Shown in pieces: positions 22,861 to 35,400 of a stretch of DNA of 64,000 nt. Source of the stretch: Antedon mediterranea (lineage: Eukaryota > Animalia > Echinodermata); assembly GCF_964355755.1 (NCBI RefSeq), contig NC_092677.1, positions 24,353,175-24,417,174 on the forward strand, given 5' to 3'. Every line of letters begins with the position of its first letter. The first letter of the stretch is position 1. The notes under the pieces are model-generated. The model was not told the DNA's origin. It saw only the letters and a program-made list of their open reading frames with translations, and ran no database searches. Position numbers and translations under genes: made by a program.

Positions 22861-25800
22861 ATGTTCATCTTTAAAGACGTAAGAATACTAGTACTAGGCC
22901 TAGTAATAGTACTATTGCCATTCTGTCTCACAAATAAAGTCAAACCTGGTATGTATTAAATGCATTTAAAATTTAGAACTAAAGTGACTGCTTAAACATG
23001 AACTATCATCACTATCTAAGTAGGCCTGTGTCTGAATAATCATGGGCAATGTCAGATATTTTAGATACTATTATCTGTGGGACCGTCTTCTCACAGTAGG
23101 TTGGTGATCATGGACATTCATCTATTTCTGCATTCTTATAATAACTATATCTTTTGTTCATACTTTATGTTGGGTCATTTTTTTTTACTAATTAATACTG
23201 TACTGTGTAAAACATAGATGTTTCGGTTTTTGCCGATTGTTCTCAGGTTTTGTGAAATTGTCAAAACTTTATACGGATAAACCGCATCTCAAGGTATTCA
23301 ATCTTGTTTCAAAGTGTTTTTCTGTTAGTGTTCAAATGTCCACGATACAACAGTATTGACAACACGTAACATTTTTTTTTAGTGTTTGGTTCTGTTAGTG
23401 TTAAAGTTTCCATCATACAACAGTGTTGAAAGCGCGTAGCATTTTGTTAGTGTTTGAATACACGATCAGGTTTTTGCATCGTGTTTGATTCTGTCAGTGT
23501 CCATGTTTCCACCATACAACAGTGTTGAATACATGATCAGGTTTTTGCATCGTTATTGGTTCTGTCAGTGTCCATGTTTCCACCATACAGCAGTGTAACA
23601 TTAATCTGTATCCTGTGGTATGCAGCTGCAATAACGTATCACTGTGTGCGTGTATGGCGAAGTCTATACGTTACCGGAAACAGTCGAATTCCTTTGTTTT
23701 AAAGAAAATCTTATTTTGGAACTTATTAAATTATTATTAACAAGGCCATAATATGCATGGATGCAGTCGCGTGCTCAAGTTAGTGTTTACCAACCAACCG
23801 ACATAGCGAGTGACTCAAAAGCTAAGCATTAAACTATTGGGAACTCATGATACAATACATTCCAATTAATTGTTTATGATGCTTTCTGTTTTCTTTATTT
23901 TTAATTTTAAGGTTTTAACCATATTTTATGTTGAATATAAAATTTTAAGAGGATAATTATTAATAACAGTTTTGCAAATTTGCCATCTATGATTTATTCT
24001 AAAAGTTGTATTCATGTAAATATAATGTTTGATTTACATACCTACTGTACAAAATAATTTTGGACTGATGTTTTTTTTTTATTGGTGAACATCGACGAAT
24101 AGTTCTGTATATAGACTTCACAAACAACATTTTCAGTTTATCCACAGGGTTGCTATGACCACATATATAGGCCTACTGGTGTAGTTTGTTCGCCATGGAA
24201 CATGAATACAGTTGCAGAACTCATTAAGTATAATAAACAAAGCACCATATTAATATTGTAAGTATTGCAGTGTACGTACGGTTGCTTTTAAGTAAATACA
24301 GAATATACTTTGTTTATTTCTCAATGTAAAGGGTATTGCTAAACCGAAAACCTTCAAAAACATAGCAAACCCCATCGAACCAACATAAACAAGTAGAATT
24401 AATTTCGTCACTTTGACGAATTGTAGGTGATCATTGTGATAACAAAATATATTAAAATATGAGCGCAAAGCGTTGTAGTGCTGCTGAGTTGTGTATTGTG
24501 TAGTCTAGTCATAGAATATATAAAGTATATAATATACACGGGTCCCATAGTATGTTCTAATGGCATGATGACGTTATCCAAATCAAAGAAAAAAAATTAC
24601 AGAATTGTAAATCGTCCAAAATAGACCATGATTTATTACTGAGATTTTTTCAAAAACACGGGTGAAATGGACTGATACTGCTAAGGGAGAGAAATGCCTA
24701 ATAAAGTCTACTTTAGTTATAAAATAAGAAAAAAAAGCATTGTATTTTGTAATTATCACACTCTAGGCCCTTAACGTTTATTTTCTCTTCGTTTAGCAAT
24801 TATTTACCGAGAAGCACAAAATGATGTATACAAGTGTTATTTTCAGAAATCTTAATAAATGTGATAATTTATTGTAAAGCGTTTACAACCAGCCTATATT
24901 TAAATTAAATTTCAATAATCTAAAAACGGTTCATTGTTATATTTAGCAGCATAGTAGGCCTGTGGTGTAATGAATAAAACAAGAATACACACAATATGTA
25001 TACATAGATATGTGTGCTTTTTTAATGAAATCAAATCGTTCAATCAAATAACAGGAAATATTCAGGTGTTATATAGTATGGTATAATTAATACTATACCT
25101 ATACCTATGAAGTTAATCATAATGTTATTTACTGCACAATATACACATATTTAAAAAAAAATATGTTAAAACTAGCACATAAATATAGGTCATGCTTATT
25201 GTGTCATATTCTAAATTAAATTCGTCAATATTAAACTGTATGAAAGCAAACTTGTGCCTGAAACTGAAAAGGCTTTCCGTTGCAAAATGTAAATTAAATG
25301 GTAAGTTTAGCAATTATTTGCTAAGCACAAAATGATGTATAAAAGTGTTATTGTCAGAAATATTAATAAAGATGATAATTCATTGCAAAGCATCCACATC
25401 AGTCTATATTTTATCATTTGAATAATTAATAAAATGTTGATTGTCTTTAAATTGTTTAATGAATTATTTAGCAGCACAATATGGTATAATTAATAAAACT
25501 TTCATATTTCACAACTTTTAAGGGAATTGCAAAACAATCAAATTATTGCATTGACAGAGAATGCATTCGCTGGTTTGAAATCATTGGAATGGCTGTAAGT
25601 GACATTGTTTATGTTTACATATCTATGACGTTAATCATAATGTTATTTACTGCACAATATACAAATATTTACAAAACAATATGTTAAAGTAAACTTGAGC
25701 CTGAAACTGTAAAGGCTTTCCGTTGCAAAATGTAAATTAACTAGTAAGTTTAGCAATTATTTGCTGATATGCTCACAATGATGTATAAAAATGTTATTGT

Positions 25801-28800
25801 CAGAAATCTTAATAAAGGTGATATATTCATTGCAAAGCATCGACATCAACCTATATTTATTAATTTGAATTAAAAATAAATGTTGATTGTCTTGTAATTG
25901 TTTAATGAATAATTTAGCAGCATAATATGGTATAATTAATAAAACGATATCTTTTACATTTTACAACTTTGAAGGAGGTTGGAGAACAATCAAATTAGTA
26001 CATTGACAGAGAATGCATTCGCTGGTTTGGAATCATTGGAATGGCTGTAAGTGACGTTGTTTATGTTTACATACCTATGACGTTAATCCTAATGTTATTT
26101 ACTGCACAATATACACATATTTAAAAACAATATTTTAAAACTAGTACATATACATATAGGTCAATGCTTATTGTGTCATATTCAAAATGAAATTCCTCAA
26201 TACTGTATGAAAGAAAACTTGAGCCTGAAACTGTAAAGGCTTTACGTTGCCAAAATGGTGAGTTTAACAATTATTTGCTGATAAGCACACAATGATGTAT
26301 AAAAAGTGTTATTGTCAGAAATATTAATAAATGTGATAATTCATTGCTAAAAATCCAAATCAGTCTATATTTATTCATTTGAATAATTAAAAAAGAATGT
26401 TGATTGTCTTTTAATTGTTTAATGAATTATTTAGCAGTATAGTATGTAGTATCATGAATACAACTTTGTTTTATATTTCACAACTTTGAAGGTACTTGAA
26501 AAACAATCAAATTAGTACATTGACAGCCAATGCATTCGCCGGTTTGAAATCATTGGAAAGCCTGTAGGTGACGTTGTTTATGTTTACCTATGACGTTAAT
26601 AAAAATGTTATTTACTCCACAATATACACATATTTTATACACAATGGAGAGTTTAGCAATTATTTTCTGTTGTGTTATTGTCAGAAATCTTAATAAAGGT
26701 GATAATTCATTGCAAAAAATCCATATCAGTCTATATTTAATTTATATTTCAATAATCTAAAAATGGTTCATTGTTATATTTAATAAGTATTTAGCAGCAT
26801 AGTAGGCCTGTGGTGTAATGAATAAAACAACAATACATACAATATGTATACATAAATATATGATGTGTGCTTTTTTAATGAAATCAAATCATTCAATCAA
26901 ATAACAGGAAATATTCAGGTGTTATTGGTATAATTAATAAAAACTATCTTTTACATTTCATAATTTTGAAGGTGGTTGTTCAACAATCAAATTAGTACAT
27001 TGGCAGAGAATGCATTTGCTGGTTTGGAATCATTGGAAAGGCTGTAAGTGTTATTCTTCATCATATCCACATACGTACTTTCATATATATCATGTTTTAT
27101 ACACATTCAAGCTAGGGGGCATATACACATTCAAGCTAGGGGGCCTACACACATTGTACACACATCGTAACCTTATTAGGTGAAATACTTTTGTCGAAAT
27201 GGATTATTTTCATAGTAATTCATTGTTAGAAAGAGTAAATCAAACTTAGTATTTTATTAGTTTGTTACCAAACTAGTTAACAAATGTAACATTAGAGGAA
27301 TATTTAGCAGTGTATAGCATATGAATCAAATTTAAGTAAGTAAGCTATAAGATTTAATAAGAAATTGTTAATTTTATTCGTATTTATTCATTCATTTCGA
27401 CACACACTAGCCCTGGTATTTATTCTTACAAAGTTATTACAATTTAATCTCACTCTTATTTGCTGTGACGAAATAACTCTCCTCATATACACACCTATTT
27501 AAAAACAATATTTTAAAACTAGTACATAAATATAGGCCAATTAAATTGTGTCATATTCAAAATAAAATTCCTCAACTGTATAGCAAATTTGAGCCTGAAA
27601 CTGTAAAGGCTTTATGAAAATAAGTAAATAGCCTTTACATACCCTATTTTAAATTCTAAAAAGTCTGAAAAAATCTTCAAGTGCAGTCGTGATCGATTAG
27701 TGTATTTGGTAAACTGTATCAAGTGAATTTGTGCCTGAAACTGACAAGGCTTTCCGTTGTAAAATGTAAATTAAATTGTGAGTTTAGCAATTATTTGCTG
27801 GTATTCACACAATGTATTATTGCTATATTGTCAGAAATATTATTAGGTAAAGTTAATTTATGGCCTATATTATTTTAATTAATCCAATAATCTAAAAATC
27901 AGTCATTGTCTTCAATTGAATATTTGGCTAAAACTATATCTTTTACATTTAACAACTTTTAAGGGGTTTGCACTACAATCAAATTAGTACATTGACAGCC
28001 AATACATTCGCTGGTTTGGAATCGTTGAAAGAACTGTAAGTGACATTGATTATGTTTACATACCTATGACGTTAATCCTAATGTTATTTACTCCACAATA
28101 TACACATATTTAAAAAACAATATTTTTAAACTAGTACATAAATATATAGGCCAATGCTTATTGTGTCATATTCAAAATGAAATTCGTCAATATTAAACTG
28201 TATGAAAGCAAACTTGAGCCTGAAACTGTAAAGGCTTTCCGTTGCAAAATGTAAATTAAATGGCGAGTTTAGCAATTATTTTCTGTTAATCACACAATGA
28301 TGTATAAATGTGTTATTTTCAGAAATCTTAATAAATGTGATAATTCATTGCAAAGCATCCACATCAGTCTATATTTATTTATTTTAATAACTAAAAAAAT
28401 GTTGATTGTCTTTTAATTGTTTAATGAATTATTTAGCAGCACAATATGGTATAATTAATAAAACTGTCATATTTCACAACTTTTAAGGTGGTTACAAAGC
28501 AATCAAATTAGAACATTGACAGAGAATACATTCGCTGGTTTGGAATCATTGGAAGGACTGTAAGTGACATTGATTATGTTTACATACCTATGACGTTAAT
28601 CCTAATGTTATTTACTCCACAATATACACATATTTAAAAAACAATATTTTTAAACTAGTACATAAATATATAGGCCAATTCTTATTGTGTCCTATTCAAA
28701 ATGAAATTCCTCAATATTAAACTGTATGAAAGCAAACTTGAGCCTGAAACTGTAAAGGCTTTCCGTTGCAAAATGTAAAATAAATGGCGAGTTTAGCAAT

Positions 28801-31800
28801 TATTTTCTGTTAATCACACAATGATGTATACATGTGTTATTGTCAGAAATCTTAATAAATGTGATAATTCATTGCAAAAAATCCACATCAGTCTATATTT
28901 AATTTATATTTCAATAATCTAAAAATGGTTCATTGTTATATTTAATAAGTATTTAGCAGCATAGTAGGCCTGTGGTGTAATGAATAAAACAACAATACAT
29001 ACAATATGTGATGTAAGATATATGATGTGTGCTTTTTTAATGAAATCAAATCGTTCAATCAAATAACAGGAAATATTCAGGTGTTATATAGTATGGTATA
29101 ATTAATAAAACTATCTTTTACATTTCATAATTATGAAGGTGGTTGTACAGCAATCAAATTAGTACATTGACAGCCAATGCATTCGCTGGTTTGGAATCAT
29201 TGAAATACCTGTAAGTGACGTTGTTTATGTTTACCTATGACGTTAATTATAATGTTATTTACTGCACAATATATACATATTTAAAAACAATAGTTTAAAA
29301 CTAGTACATACAAATAGGCCAATGCTTATTGTGTCATATTCAAAATGAAATTCTCCTATATTAAACTGTATGAAAGCAAACTTGAGCATGAAACTGAAAA
29401 GGCTTTCCGTTACAAAATGTAAATTAAATTGTGAGTTTAGCAATTATTTGCTGATATGCTCACAATGATTGTATAAATGTGTTATTGTCAGAAATATTAA
29501 TAAAGGTGATAATTGATTGCAAAGCATTAACATCATCCTATATTTATTTATTTGAATAATTAAAAAAAATGTTGATTGTCTTTTAATTGTTTAATGAATT
29601 ATTTAGCAGTATAATATGGTATAATTAATAAAACTTTCATATTTCACAACTTTGAAGGAGGTTGCAGTACAATCAAATTAGAACATTGACAGAGAATGCA
29701 TTCGCTGGTTTGAAATCATTGGATAGTCTGTAAGTGACGTTGTTTATGTTTACATACGTATGACATTAATCCTAATGTTATTTACATATAAAAAATCCAC
29801 ATCAGTCTATATTTAATTTATATTTCAATAATCTAAAAATGGTTCATTGTTATATTTAATAAGTATTTAGCAGCATAGTAGGCCTGTGGTGTAATGAATA
29901 AAACAACAATACACACAATATGTATACATAGATATATGGTGTGTGCTTTTTTAATGAAGTAAAATCATTCAATCAAATAACATGAAATATTCAGGTGTTA
30001 TATAGTATGGTATAATTAATAAAAACTATCTTTTACATTTCATAATTTTGAAGGTGGTTGCAAAACAATCAAATTAGTACATTGACAGAGAATGCATTTG
30101 CTGGTTTGGAATCATTGAAAGACCTGTAAGTGTTATTCTTCATCATATCCACATACGTACCTCCATACTGTATATCATGTTATATACACATTACACACAT
30201 TGTACATATACATCGTAACCTTGGTTACTTTTGTCAACATGGATTATTTTCATAATAATTCATTATTGAGTAAATCAAAATTATAGTATTTATTAGTTTG
30301 TTACCAATATTAGGAATATTTAGCATTGTTATAGCCTGTGAATCAAATTTAAGTTAGTTAGCTATAAGATTTAAAAAGACATTTTTAATTTTATTCGTAT
30401 TTATTCATTCATTTTGACACACCAGCCCTGGTTTTTATACTTACAAAGTTATTACAATTTAATCTCACTCTTATTTGTTGTGACGAAATACCTCTCCTCA
30501 AAGAATTGACCAATACATTAACTATTAGCTTAATTAAACAGGTATTTACAGGACAACAATATAACTACTATTGATCAAGGCGCCTTCTCTGTTTTTGCCT
30601 CATCACTTGGAAAACTGTAAGTAATTTATTCTGAAATTCATATGCAGTTTCTCGAAATAATTAATCACTTCAATTAGGTACTTTTCTTATGCTATAAACA
30701 TGTTATCCAAGAAAAAACGGTATCAACAGGATAGGTTTACATACATTTTTTAAACATGGGTAAATTTTTTCATTCATTATTGTATCTGGCTCATTCCATG
30801 GAGTTGAACATGAGAAAGCATTTTAAAAGTTAATCTAACAAGTAGAACAAACAACTTTTTATATAATTAAACATATAAGTAGAAGGATTATCTTAAGTGC
30901 CGACGGTGATAAAAATATTATTTTGAGACTACATTGCATCAGTTAGACACTAAATTGATTGTGGTATACCTTCATTAATACGATATCACTAAAACGACAT
31001 CGGTGCTATCCAAATGAGACATACTCGTAGATATTTAGTTACATGTGAGCTACACTCATTGGCACTGATTTGATATTTGTTTCCATATTTATTTTTTTTT
31101 ACAGAGACATCAGACGCAACAATTTACAAGTTTACAGAGAAAGTACTTTTGAAGAATTGAAATATATAACAGAATTGTAAGTATTATGTCGGATTTAGAA
31201 ATTCTTTATATTCATTAAATGATATTTTTATTTTGTTTTAACACAGTTACCAATTCCACATGCATGCCGACAGTGGCCCAACAAAATTGTTTATGTAGGC
31301 CTACAGCTTTTAGGTTATTTTAAATTTCTCCTTCACTTCTATCTTTTAAATTGGTCGTACACGTCATACTTTTACTATACGAGTAGATTTGATTGGCTGT
31401 AAAGCAGTCGTTATTCCACCTGTTATAGAACTAAAACCATTATAAACATTGTTATAGTAGGCTACTACTGTATTTAACAACTTCCATTAAATTCAATTGT
31501 TTTTTTAACATAGATATTCAGATTTGTTTCGTCTCTGTTGTGTTGTTGGAGAAATTGAAGTATGTGAGCCTACTGATGCTTTTGCGTCCTGCGCTGACTT
31601 ACTAAAGAGAGAAGTTCTTAGGATATTGATGATAGTTATTGGACTGTCATCTTTTATCGGTAACTTGATTGTCATCATATCGCGAAGGATAAACAAAGAA
31701 AATAGGTCTACAGTTGATTCTATTCTACTCACTAATCTTGCCGCGGCTGACTTGCTGATGGCAATTTATTTGCTGATCATCGCAGGTGCAGATATACACT

Positions 31801-32498
31801 ACAGAGGAAGGTACGCGAAGGTTGCCAGCGAATGGAAAAACAGCTTTCTCTGCTCTTTTTCCGGTGCTATTTCAACACTGTCTGGGCAGTGTTCCGTGTC
31901 AACCTTGATGGTTATGAGTATTAACCGTGCTATAAACATCGTCTATCCATTCAGCACCAAACGGCTCAAACGTACGAAATGCAAAATTATCATCGGTATT
32001 GCTTGGCTGGTATGGCTTTTTGTTAGTTTCCTTCCACTGGTAGCTAACAAGTCACATGTCGGCATACCATATTTTGGCGAGAACTACTACGGAAAACAAA
32101 GTGTGTGTCTCGCGTTGCCACTAACACGACATCGATTACCAGGCTGGGAGTACGCCACGGCCATATTCATCGCATTCAATGGCTTGGGTTTTTTTGTTAT
32201 CACAGCAAGTTATTTGACGATTTTCCTCTCCGTTAAGAGATCTGCAATCACGGCTAACAGAATGCAGAGACGAGAAGAGGAAATCAAAATGGCCGTGAAA
32301 CTAGGGTTTATTGTTTTCACCGATTTCTGTTGCTGGTTTCCCATCATAGTAATGGGAATTTGTTCAGAGATGGAGTGGTGGAGAATTCCTGATGATATAT
32401 ACGTTTGGGCAGCAACATTTATAATTCCCATTAACTCATCAGTAAACCCATATCTTTACACAATTATTTATATGTGTAAAAGCGAGCGTAGGCCATAA
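22861..32498 (+). CDS. LRR-containing GPCR copy 1 (RXFP/GRL101-like 7TM), apparently intact, ~674 aa. Exons 22861-22948, 23247-23293, 24148-24257; variable LRR exons 25523-25594, 25975-26046, 26492-26563, 26972-27043, 27964-28035, 28488-28559, 29139-29210, 29658-29729, 30054-30125; fixed LRR exons 30542-30616, 31105-31176; hinge+7TM 31514-32498
   Basis: Signal peptide MFIFKDVRILVLGLVIVLLPFCLT; Cys cap GCYDHIYRPTGVVCSPW; LRRs xLxxNQISTLTENAFAGLESLxxL; hinge CC...CEPTDAFASCADLL; TM motifs GNLIVI, NLAAADLLMAIYL, CLALP, IVFTDFCCWFPI, PINSSVNPYLY. All GT-AG and in phase (2025 nt). Exons 1-2 are less certain than the rest. Confidence 0.88.
23310..23597. repeat. Intronic minisatellite, ~60-70 bp unit (also ~36300-36580 and ~50130-50415)
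   Basis: Repeated TTCTGT(T/C)AGTGT...TCCA(C/T)CATACAACAGTGTTGAA units. Confidence 0.75.
24790..30130 (+). repeat. Array of exon+intron LRR cassettes, copy 1 (9 exons)
   Basis: ~400-1000 bp units sharing intron blocks (GAGCCTGAAACTGTAAAGGCTTTCCGTTGCAAAATG; TTTAGCAATTATTT; GGTATAATTAATAAAAC), each ending in a 72-nt exon. Confidence 0.95.
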
Positions 32499-35400
32499 AG
32501 CTGACATTCCTCGTGCATTCTCAGTTTATTTATTTACTACATTTATTTATTCAATTTTGATTCACAAGGGTAGCTCTAACAGGTGTACGAGTACAGCTGT
32601 CTTGAATAGGCCCTTTTAAAAACATTATACAATTATACAAAAAGACATTCAAACATCAAATTACAAGTAGATCCATAAAGCCTGTTCCTGTCGATCGTTA
32701 AGTTGCGTTGAGTTGCGCTAAGTTGCGTTGACATATTCAACGATTTGACAGGAAAAGGGGGTAAAAAATCAACGTTACAAATCGTTAAAGTCTGAAATCA
32801 TAAAATTACAAGTAGATTCATAAAGTTAAAATTCAGGTTTTTAAGAAGTTAAAACATTACAAGTTAAAATATTAAAATTTACGGAGTAATTTATTTTTGC
32901 AAACTACTCCATCAAGAAACTAAAAGAAAATTAATACATTTGAGTTTTGAACTCTGCACTTTTATTTTTTACTTGTTATTCTTGATTCTAGTGTTTTTAT
33001 CAGATATTATTTGGAGTTTGTATTGGGTACACTGTGACGGGTACAAGTAGTACCATTAGGGTGTGTTCCATGTATATATAGGAATTATAGGTGTAAAGGA
33101 ATTATAGATATATTTATTTCAATAAACACCATTGCAACAACAAAAAAACAAAAACAAAAAACATTATGTTTAAATTTTGTTTTTTGAGCTACATTGTTTG
33201 TCTGTTGATAAGTGTGTAGTTTAGAAAGATTAGGTTGGTTGATTGTAAAGTATAGTAAATTATCAAATTGATTTATTACAAAATAAATATTATATTTGTT
33301 ATCTTTGTGAATATTTTGTATATAAAGATACATTTGAATAATTAGTTTCATTATTTATTTAATTTGTTAAGATATTGAGTGTATCTGACAAAGGACAAAC
33401 AAAAAGATTTAGTATAGATTGAGATGTGCACAAACTCGGCTAGTAAGATTTACTATCAGTCTTGTGTTTTGTCTTTTAACTTTGTAACTGTGTGTTTGTC
33501 TGTATTCAATTCATCCTATGTACGTTTAATTATTCACGTTTTTATTCAAACTTTGCATTTAGATCAACAAAATACTTTCTTTATTATCTGTAATAAACAG
33601 CTATATACTCAGTCGGAATACTAATAAATATTAGATGGAAAAGAATTATTGTATCTTTATAATTATTTGGTTCCTACATTGGTTTAAACTTAATGAGATA
33701 CAACTGAATATTGGAAGCAATATATCGTCAATTAATAGATGATCCTATAACATATGTTTTTTGTAATTTGTCGGATACCACTTTTTCATGGAGTTTACAT
33801 AAATAATAATATTATCTGACTACATGTGTTTTTGTAATTTTGCAATTAGTGATAGTTAAATCCAATGAATAATTAAAATCACCAACGCGACCAATTTCCT
33901 AAGAAATTAGAAATGTATTTATTATTCTTATTACACTGAAAAATATTGTTTAGATCTTAAACATCTATTTTGTACCAACTTTTTCATCTTTATTTTATTA
34001 TTTATTTTATTTATTTTTATTTTATTCAGTTCACAACCAACAGCGATGAAACCGCCACTAACAGGTTGGATATAAACATAATAAACTATAATAATAAATT
34101 CAAAGAAGCAACAAAAACATAAACAAAGATTGGAACATTATAGCGTGTTTAAAACCTAAACGTGTTTATAGCTACATTTTGTTTTCCTCCACTCGTTTAG
34201 CAGTCAACATGTAACTATTATGTTCAGTCAACATGTTTAGGTACGTGTTTAGCGTTGCGTGCAGCGCATATGATTTTACTGTGGCGGAAAAAAAGCTCCA
34301 CACATGAGCTCCACACGTGGCAAATTAATATTGCTTTATATTGCTCCACATGTTTAACAATAAGCACGTCACTGATGTGTTGAGTTGGATACAGACTGCA
34401 TGTTTAGAACCTAAACATGTTCATATCTAAACATGTTTAAGGCTAAATGTGTGGAAAACGTTGGTACAAATAGATGTTTAAGATCTAAACACTATTTTTA
34501 CAGTGATAATATGATTTTTGTTTGCTCGTCTGATTTCGCTGATGTCATCATCTGCCAGGGAGGAATATTTCTATTTGTACAAATAAAACAAGAACAAGAG
34601 ACAAGAACTAACTGATTATGTTGTATTCAGTGATATTTGAGAAAGTGTTGCCTAACTCAATGGTAATCCTAAACGAATGTGTCCATCATAGAAGGACATA
34701 CACATGGCTGCGTACAGTCGCGTGCTCAAGTTAGTGTTTACCGACCAACCGACATAGTGAGCTGTAGAGTCGCGTTGCACGTGATTAAAAACCGAAGCGA
34801 AATTTTAATTTATGGGTGTCCTCGTGTTTTAAAAACTAATTTCTTTCCATTCATATCCAAACTTTCAACATACTAAAATGGTATTATCTAATTTATATTT
34901 AAATTGCACGTGGCCATAATTAACTCACTCCTTTGTAGATTCATCCTCACACTAAGAGTTTTGTATTTTCAAATAACAGTGCAAAATCCACTCACCTAGG
35001 CCTACAGATTCATTATATTCCCAAAAGTTTCTATTCTCAATTTAATTCCTAGAACTTACATTGCCTGATGCTCAACACTGCTTTGCTTTAAGTATAAATA
35101 CTGATTTTGAATTCAGTATAAGAACTAGATTCATTTCAGCCACAACAAGCGGTTTTGTTCATATTTAATTCTGAGTAACAGACGGAGCTGATGCTTCAAC
35201 CTCTTTGCGTAAAAAAAAAAAATTTCTGCAACCAGATACAAGAAACTTTATTTGTCTTCGTAAAAACAAAGGAATATCGGTTGTCAGGAAATCCCATTAA
35301 AAAGATACATATATATAAACGGACTAAAGAATCATAATTAGTTACTTAGACTAATACTTTTTTTGTATAGACAAATACTTTCTTTTTTATATATTAAATA

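Noticed and set aside
23594-23660. Cys-rich stretch CNINLYPVVCSCNNVSLCAC as a possible LRRNT/LDLa exon
   Set aside because: No good donor, two cysteines are lost in copies 2 and 3 (YSR), and the gene model is in phase without it.
24250-24468. 72-aa minus-strand hydrophobic ORF (also 37244 and 51070)
   Set aside because: Intronic, antisense, TTG start; conservation is explained by the recent triplication.
31505-32431. Minus-strand ORFs overlapping the 7TM exon
   Set aside because: Antisense shadows of the GPCR coding sequence.
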